Shown: one piece after another, positions 25,286 through 37,982 of the stretch
Numbering within the stretch: the stretch's first letter is position 1
How the letters are laid out: every line of letters begins with the position of its first letter
From: Octopus vulgaris
Taxonomy: Eukaryota
Reading direction: 5' to 3'
DNA: 64,000 bases
NCBI GenBank assembly: GCA_951406725.2
Contig: OX597820.1
Span: 105,152,001-105,216,000 of the forward strand
Made by a program: the position numbers and the translations under genes
Notes under the pieces: generated by a model
Seen by the model: only the letters and a program-made list of their open reading frames with translations
The model's database searches: none
Told to the model about the DNA's origin: nothing

Positions 25286-27938
25286 CTCACTCATACCTTG
25301 ACAGCTAATGTTGGTTTGTTTATGTCTCCGTAAATTATCAGTTCGGCAAAAGAAACCCACAGAATACGTAACAGACTTTAAAAATAAGTATTGGGATTGA
25401 TTTGTTCGACTAAATCCTTCAAGAGTGCCCTCAGCATGGCCACAGTCCAAAGACAGGAAGAAGTAAAAGATAAAAGAAAAAAGATTCTTCTGCGATCGAT
25501 AAAAAGAATATAAATTCTCTCTATAGTGGGTCAGTTCAACAAATATTGACTTCGTACCTCGTCAAAACAATTTATCATTTTAGTCGATTTACTGTCTTAC
25601 TCCCTAATTCCTCCGACTTTTATTGCCCTCTACTTGATTTGGTTCCATACTTTTACTACTATTTAGAAGTTTAAAAGAAAAACTAGAGTAAGAGATATTA
25701 GAATAAAGGGAATTGTGAATGGAAAAGGATAGCAAATTTACAGCTGGTTTCTCTTTGTCTTTTTTTTTTTTGTGTGTGTAGTTTAAGATAGAGGAAACTT
25801 GAGACCTCACTAAAACTAGCTTGTCGAATTTACTGCACCAAATAAGGTTAAGAGACATCCTCTACGTGCTTTGCAGACGTTTACTTCTGTCTGCTTCTCA
25901 AGCTCTCACTCTTTCTTTCTTTCTCAGTTCGCCTCTTTTTTGTCCTCTTTCTCTTTCACTGTTTTTATTTCTCTCTCACTCCCCCCTCTTCATCTTTCTC
26001 ACTTTCCTTATCCACCCCCCATTTTCTCGTTCACTCTCGCCTTCATCTTGTTCTTTTTCTCTCTTACATCCCCCCTTCGGTTAACTCTTCCCCTCTTCAT
26101 CTTGCTCACTTTCTCTCTCCCTCCCTTCTTTGCTTACTTTCCCTTTAACTTGCCCTCCCCTCGTCCCCGCCTCTTCATCTTTTTCTTGCTCACTTCCTTT
26201 CTTTCTTCCTTTCTTTTTCCCTAGTTTCTCGCTATTTACGGTTCCACTCCTCAACAAACGCAAAACAAACACACAGTGGAAGTTAGAGACAAAACACACC
26301 CACAACTGTAGGAACACACATGCTTGAACGGTGACGAGTAGACACGCATATCTAATCAGATAAAAAGAAACATTGTTATGCACACACACACGCGCGTACA
26401 CGTAAAACTTTTAAATATCAACACACTCATAACCTGAGTATATATACCCACACAGGTTCATACCATTAAATGACTGTAAACATCCTTTGAAGAAAGATTA
26501 TTAACACATACTCGCTCAGAGGTATCACACATACACAGTGGCAACATCTGTGTTATCAAACCTTGATGGGAAAATACATCTACTTCGAGGAAGTAGAAAG
26601 ATATTTTGACATACATACATGCACATATGTTGCACCAAGTGAAACATTGACTTATGCATCTCAGTCACGTCTACAAGTTATGAATATCTTCCTAATATTT
26701 TATTAAATTTCATTTCTTTTTTTAACTTCTAACTAGCACGGCCTTTAACATGTCTACCTCTTGAATCAGAAACGGAATCGAACAAATAAAGAAAAACGTG
26801 AGGCTAGGAGCGAACAAGACATATATCCCCCCACCACAACCGCCATCGCCAATATTCTTATATTACTTTCATTAAACAATAGACTCCGATATACGGCGCT
26901 CATACCGCTCCCCACCCACACATACATAGGCATATATTTATACTTCTATTATGATTCCTTGCCTTGTGCTAAGACAGCTAATTGATTTACAGTATTCCCT
27001 ACAACCCGAACTTGCCGATAAAATATTTTCCCACGTAAACCCACGTCTACCTCTCTCCCCTCTTCTCTGAGTCACCTCTGCCGAAGGTCCTAAACATTTT
27101 ATTCCAATTCTCAGTTCTCGAAACAAAATTCTATTAAGCTGGAATTTTCTTCTTTGCAAAGTCTCCCCTCCCCACTAAGGTATGGCTGTGTGGTTTGAGA
27201 AATGTCATTCGCAACTACATAGTTTCGCATGGCACCTTGAGCAAGTGTCTTCTATTTATTACCAATGCCATCTATGAGTGAATTTGGTAGGTGGAAACTG
27301 TGTGGAAGCCCATCATTTGTGTTATGTGTCTTTGTGTTTATTCCTCCCTACCACTTGGCAGTGGTTTGGAAAATTGATTTGTTTGACTAAACTCTTCAAC
27401 ATGGTGCCTTAGCATTGAGTGAAATGAGTAAAAGAAAAGTAAGAGTAGCAACAATTCGAACTGAATATTATCTATTCAGTTTTTATAAAAACTAACCTAA
27501 TTATCCTTATTTTGTGCTTTTAGAAACCCTAAAATGTCTAAAGACAAGACATTCCATATTAAGTTTTAAAATTTGGTAGAACTAGGCCAGTGTTACTGAA
27601 AGTGGAGCACACACCTCACTAGTGGGGTATAAATAAGTAAGAAGTGAATAAATTAGCAATAAAGTTTTAATTAAAAAACTTCTTTTGAATGTATTCATTG
27701 CCATCATTGTAGCATCCATTTTTCCATGCTTGCATAGATCAGAAGAGAATTCATAGAGACAGATATTCTATGGCTGACATCCATCCTGTCATTAGCCCTC
27801 ACCTGTTTCCAAGTAAGGTAATATTTTCCCACTGGCTGGACATGTTTTTTTGCTTGCATGACAGTGATGCTTGATTTTAACTATTACTGGCCTTGTGAGT
27901 GGATTTGGTAGATGGAAACAGAAAGAAGCCCATTGTAT

Positions 27939-27970
<32 letters not shown>

Positions 27971-28028
27971 TACAGAGATGTACTTGCATAGCGAGTGACC
28001 TGATCTGAGATCGTGTGCTGGAATGAAA

Positions 28029-28308
28029 ACAATTGCAGTGTGGAAGGTGTTTATAAGCCATTTAAGAAACACACAAACACCGTTAGATTCACTTCAACAT
28101 TTAAATTTAATTTGTCAAAATATTTTGTCGCTTTGAGATCGCGACCTGTTCACTGACAAAACTTCGTGCATGACGTTTTGTCAATGAACAGGTCGCGGTC
28201 TCAAAGCGACAAAAATATTTTGACAAATTAAATTTAAATGTTGAAGTGAATCTAACGGTTTTGTGTGTTTCTTAAATGGCTTATAAATACCTTCCACGCT
28301 GCAATTGT
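28029..28308. repeat. ~134-bp inverted repeat of a probable Penelope-like terminus, inside a SINE TA tract
   Basis: Arms 28029-28162 and 28175-28308 are near-perfect reverse complements. Confidence 0.9.
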
Positions 28309-28448
28309 GTATATATATATGCATATGTATATGTTTGTGCGTCTGTTTTTGTCCCCACAACATTGCTTGACAACCAATGTTGGTGTGTTTATGTCCCTGC
28401 AGCTTAGCAGTTTAGCAGAAGAGACCGATAAAATAAGTACTAGGCTTA

Positions 28449-29288
28449 TTAAGTACTAGCAGCATTGGAGTGAGGATTGGAGGAAGAAATATTAATAACC
28501 TTCACTATACAGATGATACAACCCTGCTGGCGGAGAGTAGTAAGGATCTGGAGGATCTTGTCCTGCTGGTCAAGAAAGAGAGTGAGAAATTTGGGCTGTA
28601 CCTCAATGTTAAGAAAACGAAGATCATGTCAACAGCAGCCACAACAAACATCAGCATCAAGATCGATAATGAAGAGATCGAAGTGGTTGATGATTTCATC
28701 TTCCTTGGCTCCAAAATAAATCGAGATGGTGACGGCACTTCAGAAATAAGACAGCGGATAGTACTAGGCAGAGAGGCAATGGTCAGCATGAGCAGGGTCT
28801 GGAAGAGTAGAGACATCAGACTCGCTACCAAATGCAGATTGGTGAATGCAATTGTCTTCCCAATAGCAACATATGGATGCGAGACCTGGACACTAAAGAA
28901 AGCTGACCAGAAGAGAATTAATGCTTTCAAGCTTTGGTGTTGGAGAAGACTTTTATGGATTCCATGGACAGCAAGGCTCACCAATAGAGAAGTTCTTAAG
29001 CAGATCAGGCCGAAAATGTTACTAGAAGCTGGGACCACCAAGTATAGATTGGCATATTTCAGTCATATTATGCGGAGAAAATCCCTGGAGAAGGACATCA
29101 TGCTCAGAATGGTCAGTGGCAAGAGAGGAAGAGGCCGACCAAGAACCCGCTGGCTTGACACCATCAAGAGTGATACCGGAATGGACATAGCTAATCTGAA
29201 AGAAGCGGCCCAGGATAGAACTGACTGGAGGACACTGATCCAATGAGTAACCGATAGTCGACTTCGACTGCGCGGATAGATAGATAGA
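28449..29288 (+). mobile_element. 5'-truncated RTE LINE (BovB-like RT C-terminal half), young, inserted in a SINE
   Basis: Open 258-aa frame 28470-29246 (NNLHYTDDTTL, FIFLGSKI, YGCETWT, GRPRTRWLD); (GATA)n tail; TSD taggctta at 28441-28448 and 29289-29296. Confidence 0.95.
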
Positions 29289-29393
29289 TAGGCTTACAAA
29301 GAATAAGTCCTGGGGTTGGTTTGTTCGACTAAAGGCGGTGCTCCAGCATGGCCACAGTCAAATAACTGAAATGAATAAAAGAATATATATATA

Positions 29394-30981
29394 CACTTGC
29401 GTCGGAAATTAATTAGCACTTCTCAAATTTCTACATTTTCTTACATTTTCTTAATTTAATTAACTTATTATCAGAAACGAACTCGTTTTTAATCAAAAAT
29501 TTATTAAAACATATCCCAGCACACCACATAATTGTTATTAATCGTGAAATTTAGTCAATATCTTGTTGCTCCTCCTTTGGCAGCAATGAGAGCTGCTATG
29601 TGGGTCGGCATGCTGTCTATGAGCGCCTGCAGGTACTGTGCAGGGATGGATGCAGCAAGAAGTGCCCCAAACAGCTCGTGTCGGTTCCTGTATTGTTGCA
29701 CATTCAAATCCCTACCCAATCGACTCCAGAGGTTCTCAATAGGGTTCAGGTCAGGTGACTGGCCAGGTCAGGTGACTGGCCAGGCCAGTCCATGACCGTC
29801 ACTCCATGGTCCTTGAAGAAACCGGTTGTGAGCTTGGCTGTGTGGGAAGGCGCGTTGTCCTGCTGGAGCAGTACTCCTCGCCACAAAAGAGGTATCCCGT
29901 ACTATCTCAACGTACTTCGACGGCATAGAGCCGCCCAACACCACTGTAGCTGAACGCCCCTCACACCATCAGACCACCCCCACCTTGCTTCATGGTGGGA
30001 GCAATGCAGTCTTTGTTGAAGCGCTCACCCCTGCGGCGTCGCACATGGACAGGCTTGTCACTGACGAGACTGAATCGCGACTCGTAAGTGAACATCACTG
30101 TCCGCCACTGCTGCACGGTCCATGTCTTGTGGGCACGGGCCCAGAGCAGCCGCCTCTTCCGGTTTTGGGCTGTAAGGAGCGGCTTACGGGTGGCCCTACA
30201 GGATTTTAGACCAGCTTCCAGTAATCTGGTCTTGACGGTGGTTGTAGACAACTGCTTCCCTGTCATCTTTTGCATCTTCTCCGCCAGTTGCCGGCTCGTT
30301 ACCCTTCGGTTGTACAGTGACTTTCGGATCAGCATCCGGTCCTCCCGCTGGGTCGTCAGCCTCTTCCATCCCCTACCCTTTTTGTCAGCTGCTGATCCGG
30401 TTTCCTCGTATTTCTTAAATAAGCACTGAATTGTGCGCCTGGTTACACCAAGTTTTCTGGCTATTGCAACCTCCGACAGCTTCCCACGCCACAAGAGAGC
30501 CTTGTATCGTCTCTCCAAGGTCATGCGAGGTCTTGGGCCCATCTAGGAATGAACGATAAAAACCAGTTATTTTCATTAAAACTATTCATTTGAATAATGT
30601 TATGCTATAACAAAACTGCTATGAGTTATTATTCATTAAACAAAAAGAAAGAAAGCAGAATTTCTCATCTTATTTGATGTATAACAGAAAGTTTTGTGAA
30701 CTGGAAGTGACGTCACCAAGCAGAGTGTAGGAGAATTTGTGAGGAAAAAAAATCTTGCAAATACACAAATCAATGAAGATTTGTCTGCATCCGCACCCCA
30801 AGTTGTTGTTGCACTGCTATGTCAACATCATTAGGCTGTAGACTCCCAAACCGCTCTGCAAACAAAGTTACGTCATCGTTCTGAGCAACAGTGAACTCGC
30901 AACAAAGCAATAGTTCGAGATATACTAGGTGACAGCAAATACCTTGATGAAGAGCAAATCATATAATTTCTGACGGTAGTG
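29394..30981 (-). mobile_element. Tc1-like (DD34E) transposon, defective
   Basis: ORF 29961-30542 with paired HTH, RKPLL, VMFTYESRF, then LLQQDNAPSH and WPGQSPDLNPIENLW; TA-flanked imperfect TIRs; 17-bp tandem duplication 29749-29782. Confidence 0.93.
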
Positions 30982-30986
30982 TATAT

Positions 30987-31410
30987 AGGCGCTGGAGTGG
31001 CTGTGTGGTAAGTAGCTTGTTTAGCCAACCACATGGTTCCAGGTTCAGTCCCACTGCGTGGCACCTTGGGCAAGTGTCTTTTACTATAGCCTCGGGCCGA
31101 CCAAAGCCTTGTGAGTAGATTTGGTAGATGGAAACTGAAAGAAGCCCGTCGTATATATGTATATATATATATATATGTGCATGTGTGTGTTTGTGTGTCT
31201 GTGTTTGTCCCCTAGCATTGCTTGACAACCGATGCTGGTGTGTTTATGTCCCCGTTACTTAGCGGTTCGACAAAAGAGACCGATAGAATAAGTACTGGGC
31301 TTACAAAAGAATAAGTCCCGGAGTTGAGTTGCTCGATTAAAGGCGGTGCTCCAGCATGGCCGCAGTCAAATGACTGAAACAAGCAGTCAAATGACTGAAA
31401 CAAGTAAAAG
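30987..31410 (+). mobile_element. Full-length SINE family A
   Basis: tRNA-like head ggcgctggagtggctgtgtggtaag..ggttcagtccc, central TA tract, conserved 3' domain with a 21-bp tandem duplication. Confidence 0.9.
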
Positions 31411-31421
31411 AGAAAAAGAGA

Positions 31422-31463
<42 letters not shown>

Positions 31464-31574
31464 TATATACTATATGGTCTAAATATATGCTAATATATAT
31501 ATATGACTGCATGTGTACTGTTGGCAATTTTTTTTTCCTCTGCCTTCCCTTCTCTGGATCTTTCCTTCTCCTAT

Positions 31575-31609
31575 GTTTCCGACGAAGAGCTCCGCTCGAA
31601 ACGTTAAAC
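31575..31609 (+). ncRNA. Minimal hammerhead variant (U4C core) in a Penelope-like terminus
   Basis: gttt-CCGACGA-a-GAGC-tcc-GCTC-GAAAC-GT-T-aaac; second copy at 24277-24311 (-). Confidence 0.65.
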
Positions 31610-31722
31610 CCTCCTTCTTTCCTTCTTTCTTGAGCGTCCAATAATACTATATTTGTTCCATGTCCTCGTTTTGTTGTGTTTTTTTGTGCTTTCTTGTTTG
31701 GATTAACTTTATATATATATAT

Positions 31723-31757
<35 letters not shown>

Positions 31758-31979
31758 CACACATATATATATGCTATATACTTTGTCGAATTTTTCTGAG
31801 AAATTGAAGTGGGGTGTGGGACAAGACAGATTGTAAAAACACTGATCTAGGTAATGATTTGTAACTGAGATTCAGGGTCACCTATTTTGGATAATGGGCA
31901 TAGTCAATTAAAACATGATTTAAACAACAAGAATTCTTGACTTGAACTTATTTTATCAGCCCTGGAAGGATAAAAGGCA

Positions 31980-32215
31980 TCCTCCAAAACTTCCATATTG
32001 CCTGAAATTCAATAGCACTACCCTTGATATACCTATGCACCCTTTCCTCTTCAAGGTGCATTTATTGTTCACTTTCTGTATTCGATCCCATGTTCTAAGC
32101 ATGCACTTTTAGTATTCATTACTGTCTTTTGTTTCAACTTATTGCTTTCTGTTTTCTCATTTACCTTTTTTCAACAAGTTGTAGTGCACCAGAGCACTGT
32201 ATACAATTAGCTCAA

Positions 32216-32274
<59 letters not shown>
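31980..32274 (+). mobile_element. CR1-like LINE 3' UTR with (TTA)n tail
   Basis: Ends gagcactgtatacaat..tattattatt, like the CR1 copy at 34925-35438. Confidence 0.7.
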
Positions 32275-32275
<1 letters not shown>

Positions 32276-33175
32276 ACAAGGCAGCAAGCTGGCAAAAACA
32301 TTTGCATACTGGGCAAAATTCTTAGTAGCATTTCATTTGTCTTCGTGCCCTGATTTCAAGTTTTGCTAAGGCTGACTTTACCTTTCATCCTTTCGGAGTC
32401 AATAAAATAGGTACCGGTTAACTACTAGGGTCGATGTAATTGATTTACCCTTTCCTCGAAATTGCAGGCCTTGTGCCAAAATTTGAAACTATTTTTAAAC
32501 AAGATGGCAAGCTGGCAGAAACATTTGCATGCCAGGCAAAATGCTTAGTGGCATTTCGTTCATCTTCACATCCTGAGTACAAATTCCACTAAGGTCCTCT
32601 TAGCTTTCATCCTCTTGGAATTGATAAAATAAAGTACCAGTTGAGCAGTGGGGTCAATGTAATTGACTTTCCCCCTCCCCACAAGTTACTGACCTTGTGC
32701 CAAAATTAGAAACCAATATCGTTACTATCAAACAAGGTGGGGAGTTGGCAGAACCATTAGCATGCCAGATAAAATGTTTAGTGTCATCTCATCCATCCTT
32801 ATGCTCTGAATTCAAACTCTGCCAAGGTTGATTTTGCCTTTCATCCTTTTGGGGGTCGATAAAATAAGTTGAGCACTGGGGATGATGTAATCGACTTAGT
32901 CCCTTCCCCAAACCTGCTGGCCCTGTGCCAAAGTTTGAAATCAATATTATTATTAAACAAGTTAGCAAGTTGGCAGAATCATTTGCACACCAAGCAAAAT
33001 GCATAGTGGCATCTCATCTGTCCTTACGTTCTGAGTTCAAATTCCACCAAGGTTAATTATGCCTTTCATCCTTTTGTGGTCAATAAAATTTGTACCAGCT
33101 GAGAACTGAGAGTGATATAATCAACTAAATCCACTCTCCTGAAATTGCTGGCCTTGTGCCAAAATTTGAAACCAT
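32275..33175 (+). repeat. Head-to-tail array of four SINE family B units (~225 bp)
   Basis: Units start near 32275, 32498, 32731 and 32956, each aaacaag..ag(c/t)tggca..ccttgtgccaaaatttgaaac. Confidence 0.9.
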
Positions 33176-33990
33176 TATTATTATTATTATTATTAAAATT
33201 GAATCCTGAGATGAACTGAACTCAAACATAGCTGTAGGATAAAAAAGTTGGCTTTGCAACCACTTGGTACTGGGTTCAATCCTATACTTAGCACTTTAGG
33301 CAAGTATCTTTGACTTGTGGAGAAATCTGTCTCATGTAGTTATAATTTAGATGATTAAAATTATGAATTAAAATAATAAAATAACAAAAATAATGAATTT
33401 AGATGCAGGCATAGCTGCGTGGTTAAGAAATCTACCTCCTAACTACATGATTTAGCATTCAGTTTCACAGCATAGCATCTACTATAGCTCTGGCTGTCTT
33501 CTACTAAGGTCTTGGGCAAAGTGAATTTGGTAGACAGAATCTAAAGAAGCATGCCGTGTGTGTGTGTGTGTGTAATTACATTTGTGTTTCTTTGTCTTGA
33601 TATCACTTGATAGCTGTAAATGAGTATCACTGTCATACAAAGTATCATTCATTTCCAATATTCTGCAGAATATTGTCCAAGGCCATCCTTGCTTTTAAAT
33701 AGCTGAAAGTTGGTGACAGGAAAGGCATCCAGCAGTAAAAAATCTGCCTCAATGATATTCTGTCTAATCCATACAGACATAGAAAACTGAATATTAAAAT
33801 AATAACTTGGTTAGGTTGTCTCTGCAGATTTTCCATAGAAATTATAGCCAGCACTGATTTGTTACTACAAAGCATATTAAACTCTTTATGAGTCCATGCT
33901 GTATTCTACTGGTTGCATAATGAAATATGGTGTCCCTACAAGTCAGTAAAACAATGAAGGTGAATAAATTTAAATAATAATGACTTATAT

Positions 33991-34459
33991 AGGCGCAGGC
34001 ATGGCTGTGTGGTAAGAAGCTTGCTTCCCAACCACATGGTTCTATGTTCAGTCCTACTGTGTGGAATCTTGGACAAGTGTCTTCTACTATAACCTCAGGT
34101 CAACCAAAGACTTGTGAGTGGATTTAGTAGACAGAAACTGAAAGGCAGCGAGCTGGCAGAAACGTTAGCATGCCGGGCAAAATGCTTAGCAGTATTTCGT
34201 CTGCCACTACGTTCTGAGTTCAAATTCCGCCGAGGTCAACTTTGCCTTTCATCCTTTTGGGGTCGATTAAATAAGTACCAGTTACACACTGGAGTCGATA
34301 TACTCGACTTAATCCCTTTGTCTGTCCTTGTTTATCCCCTATGTGAGTAGCCCCTTGTGGGCAGTAAAGAAATAAGAAACTGAAAGAAGCCCGTCATCAG
34401 CATGGCTGCAGTCAAATGACTGAAGCAAGTAAAAGAATATGTATGTTTGTGTATGTATA

Positions 34460-34518
<59 letters not shown>

Positions 34519-34750
34519 GTTTATGAGTGTTTGTCTTTATATCTGTGTTTGATCTCCCAACATCACTTGGCAACCAATGTTGGCATGTTTATGTCCCTGT
34601 AACTTAGTGGTCTGGCAAAAGAGGCCAATAGAATAAGTACTAGGCTTACAAAGAATAAGTCCTGGGGTCGATTTCCTCGACCAAAATCCTTTAAGGTAGT
34701 ACTCCAGCATGGCCACAGTCAAATGACTGAAACAATTAAAAGAGTAAAAT
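33991..34750 (+). mobile_element. SINE family A with a nested family B copy (34142-34375)
   Basis: The family A body is interrupted at agaaactgaaag, which is repeated on both sides of the B copy. Confidence 0.8.
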
Positions 34751-34924
34751 ACAATAATTTAATTGGTAAACAAAATGACAGAACTGCTCATCAGTTTCAA
34801 TACATGAGGTCAATAAAATAAAGTCTCAGTCAAGTACTGAGTTCAATAATATTCGACTACCCCTTTCCTCTCAATATTGGTGGCTTTGTGCATGCATGCA
34901 GACACAATCATCACCACCATCATA

Positions 34925-35438
34925 TAATAATAATAATAATAATAATAATGAAATTATTGTATACAGTGCTCAGGTGCACCACAACTTGTCAGAGTATGTG
35001 CAGTAATGTACAAATGTCTGGAAAGCGAACAATGCATGAGTCAGATACATGCTTGTGTGTGTATGGAGGGGAGAAAATCAGGTGTAGTGTTGGCGAATCT
35101 CAGAAAGCATGGAAGTTTTGAAGGATGCAGTGCTCCGACAACTAACAACTGATGCCGGCAGTTTGTTCCATGCTTCAGCAACTCTCAGCATGAAAAAATG
35201 TTTCCTGAAGTCATGGGAGCTGTGCTGTTTTCTGACTGTGTAAATATGTCCACGGGTGTTAGATGGGTGGAGTTTAAAAAGGTGCTCAGAGTTATTGTTG
35301 GTACGATGGTTGATAATTTTATGGGTGTCTGCCAAGTCAGCTGCCAGACGTCGGAGTTTCAATGTGTCCATACCCAGGGAAGTAAGGCATTCAGGATATG
35401 GCAAATGTCTGATGGAGGGTATTCTTTTGGTTGCATGC
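34925..35438 (-). mobile_element. CR1-clade LINE 3' end
   Basis: ORF 35078-35404 with LKLRRLAADL, NTRGH, RKHFFMLRVAEAWNKLP; (TTA)n tail. Confidence 0.9.
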
Positions 35439-35682
35439 TGGCATCATCATCATCATCATCATTTAATGCCCATATTCCATGCAAGCAAGTTTTGAATGGT
35501 TTGACAGGATCCAAAAAAGCCCAAGGACTGCAGCATGCTCCAGTGTGTACTTTGGTATGGTTTCTATGCCAAAATACCCTTTTCGATGTCAATAGCTTCA
35601 CAGCATGTACAGGTTGTTTTTATGCTAGGAAATGAAGAGTTAAGCATAAGAGAAGGGACCAAGCAGAACAGGTTTCTTGCTG

Positions 35683-35956
35683 CAGTGGTTCCCAAAGAAA
35701 GCAGTACTGCCCCCTAGGGATAGTGGAAAGATTTAGGGGAGGGAGTCATTGAAGAAAAGTGGGGCAATAATGGAGTATAAAAACAACAAAATAATGGGTT
35801 AATTAGGTTAAGTTTGATTTGTGAAAATCAATTGTTTTGAATTTGCTTTGGAAAGAGGTTTATGTTTGTGGTGGTGAGTTAGGGTGGGAGAGATGCTAGG
35901 AATATGACCTAGGTACCAAAAGGACAGCAGCCCCGAAAAATGTTTTGGAACCACTG
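35683..35956. mobile_element. hAT/Charlie-like MITE
   Basis: TIRs CAGTGGTTCCCAAA / TTTTGGAACCACTG; no clear TSD. Confidence 0.65.
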
Positions 35957-37141
35957 CAATAAAGGATCTATATTGCTACTCACATTTTAGAAGACAGAGG
36001 GAAGCAGGGTGACCAGGGCGGAACAAAGAAGCGATAAAACAGTGAGGTGTTTATATCAAGCCTCTGGTGGGGGCAGGAAGTAGCATGGGAGAGGACAGAA
36101 GAACTGGGAATGTAGGTGGGTAGAGATTGCAAGAGCCTATGAGAGAGTGAGAGATGAGGAGTGGGTGGTCAGGTGGCACACTCTTAAATGTATGTGCATA
36201 CATATTATATAGAGACAGAAGAAAAGAAAAAAGAAAATAATAAAAGCAAAGAAAAAAATATGGAAAACAGAAAATGGTGAAGACCAGCAGCCTGTGTGTG
36301 TGTGTGTGTGTGTGTGTGCATGCGTGCGTGCATGCATGAGTATGTGAGAGTATATGTGTGTCTGTGTATGTAAATATATAAACATTCTCCAGATGGAAAA
36401 CAAACTGTTTGCTCCAAGACTTCATCTTAATCCTTGTGACATTTGACCTCTATCTACCACTCTCAATTGAATGCACTGAATACTTTATTCCCATGAAGGG
36501 ACTTGAGGTGGTGTGTGTGTGGGGGGGGGGTGCACCAATCCCATCTTACTGCTATTTTGTGGATATTGCTTTGGCTTAAACCCTATGATTAGAACACGTG
36601 CATATTCACCATGCAAACACCCAACCACCCACCTACCCCCCCTACACACACACACATACAGAGTTCGCAACCCAGTTGAGTCATTTCCTAAAATACACCA
36701 CCACCATCACCTCATTTTCAAACTCTTAAACTTTTCGACTGTAAACAAAGAACTCTCAACGTAGCCAGTTGATTATGATAGAAATAGAAGCAAAATTTCC
36801 CTGAAATCATACCCTACTGTCTTTAAAAAAGTAATATATTATGTAGATAATATTATCTGAAAAAAGAGATGTGATGATAATGGGTTGGAATATCTTCGGT
36901 GGTCATAGGTTTGCTTTTTCAGGGCCAACTTAGAACCATTCAACAACAAACACAACTTTCAAAGCATATCCATTGCAATAACAAAAAGCCCCCCAGTACA
37001 CTCTGTAAAGTGGTTGCTGTTAGGAAGGGCATTCAACCGTAGAAACCATGCCTAAACAGACAGGAAATCTGAACAGCCCTTCAGCAGGTCAGATCCTGTC
37101 AAACCGTTCAACCCATGCCAGCATGGAAAATGGACATTAAA

Positions 37142-37172
<31 letters not shown>

Positions 37173-37219
37173 TGAATGGATGGATGGATGGATGGATAGA
37201 TAGATAGATACATAGATAG

Positions 37220-37935
37220 GTATATTTCTTTATTAGCCACACAGGGCTGTACACAGACGGGACAGATTACAAAGTAGAGCTTTTCTTTTTTTGGAGAAAA
37301 AAAAAAAAGAAAGAAAGTGGGGTTGGTTTTCGATCAAAAGGGATCGTAAAAGGAAAAGAGGGAAAAAAAGAAAAAAAAAAGAAAAGAAACAAAAGAAAAG
37401 AAAAAAAGAAAAAAGAAGAAATAAAAAAGGAAAAAAGGGGAAAAAGAAAAAAAAAACCATCAATAGGGATCGTGTATCACAGTGTCATGATGTACGGTGT
37501 AAAGGGGGAAGCAGATAAGGTTTATCCGTGGGAAGAAAAGCCTACGGAAAAGACCACGGTAACCTCAGTCAATATTGTTATATGTTACCACATTTGTTTG
37601 CAAGCGGGTAACCCTCTGTTTTCAATTTCCGGGTTCATAGGATTATGCTCAAGGTGGCTTCGTCATTCATACGTGCCATCCTTGCTACATTCACCCATCT
37701 TTTTTTAAAGCATTCGCTAGACAAAACTTGCCTCTCTACCCTCACTTTCCTTTTCAAGTGATACTTGAAGAAGTTGATGAGAGATTGACCAGAGAGGAAA
37801 GTGTTTGTCTCCAATCCTTTCAGACATGTCCACCAGATACATTCTTTCACCATAGCCACAAGGATGATGAAAATAGCTCTTCCTTCCCATTTGAAGGAAG
37901 GAGGCGTGACAATATTGACAATAGACTCGGCTATA
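37220..37935 (-). mobile_element. L1/Tx1-like LINE 3' end between GATA/GATG microsatellites
   Basis: ORF 37635-37859 [28 protein letters not shown] resembles Tx1 C-termini; T-rich UTR. Confidence 0.65.
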
Positions 37936-37936
37936 A

Positions 37937-37982
<46 letters not shown>

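Noticed and set aside
31881-31890. Isolated CArG box CCTATTTTGG
   Set aside because: Expected by chance in AT-rich DNA; no supporting motif cluster
37291-37518. Lys-rich 75-aa ORF
   Set aside because: Antisense reading of the T-rich 3' UTR of a LINE
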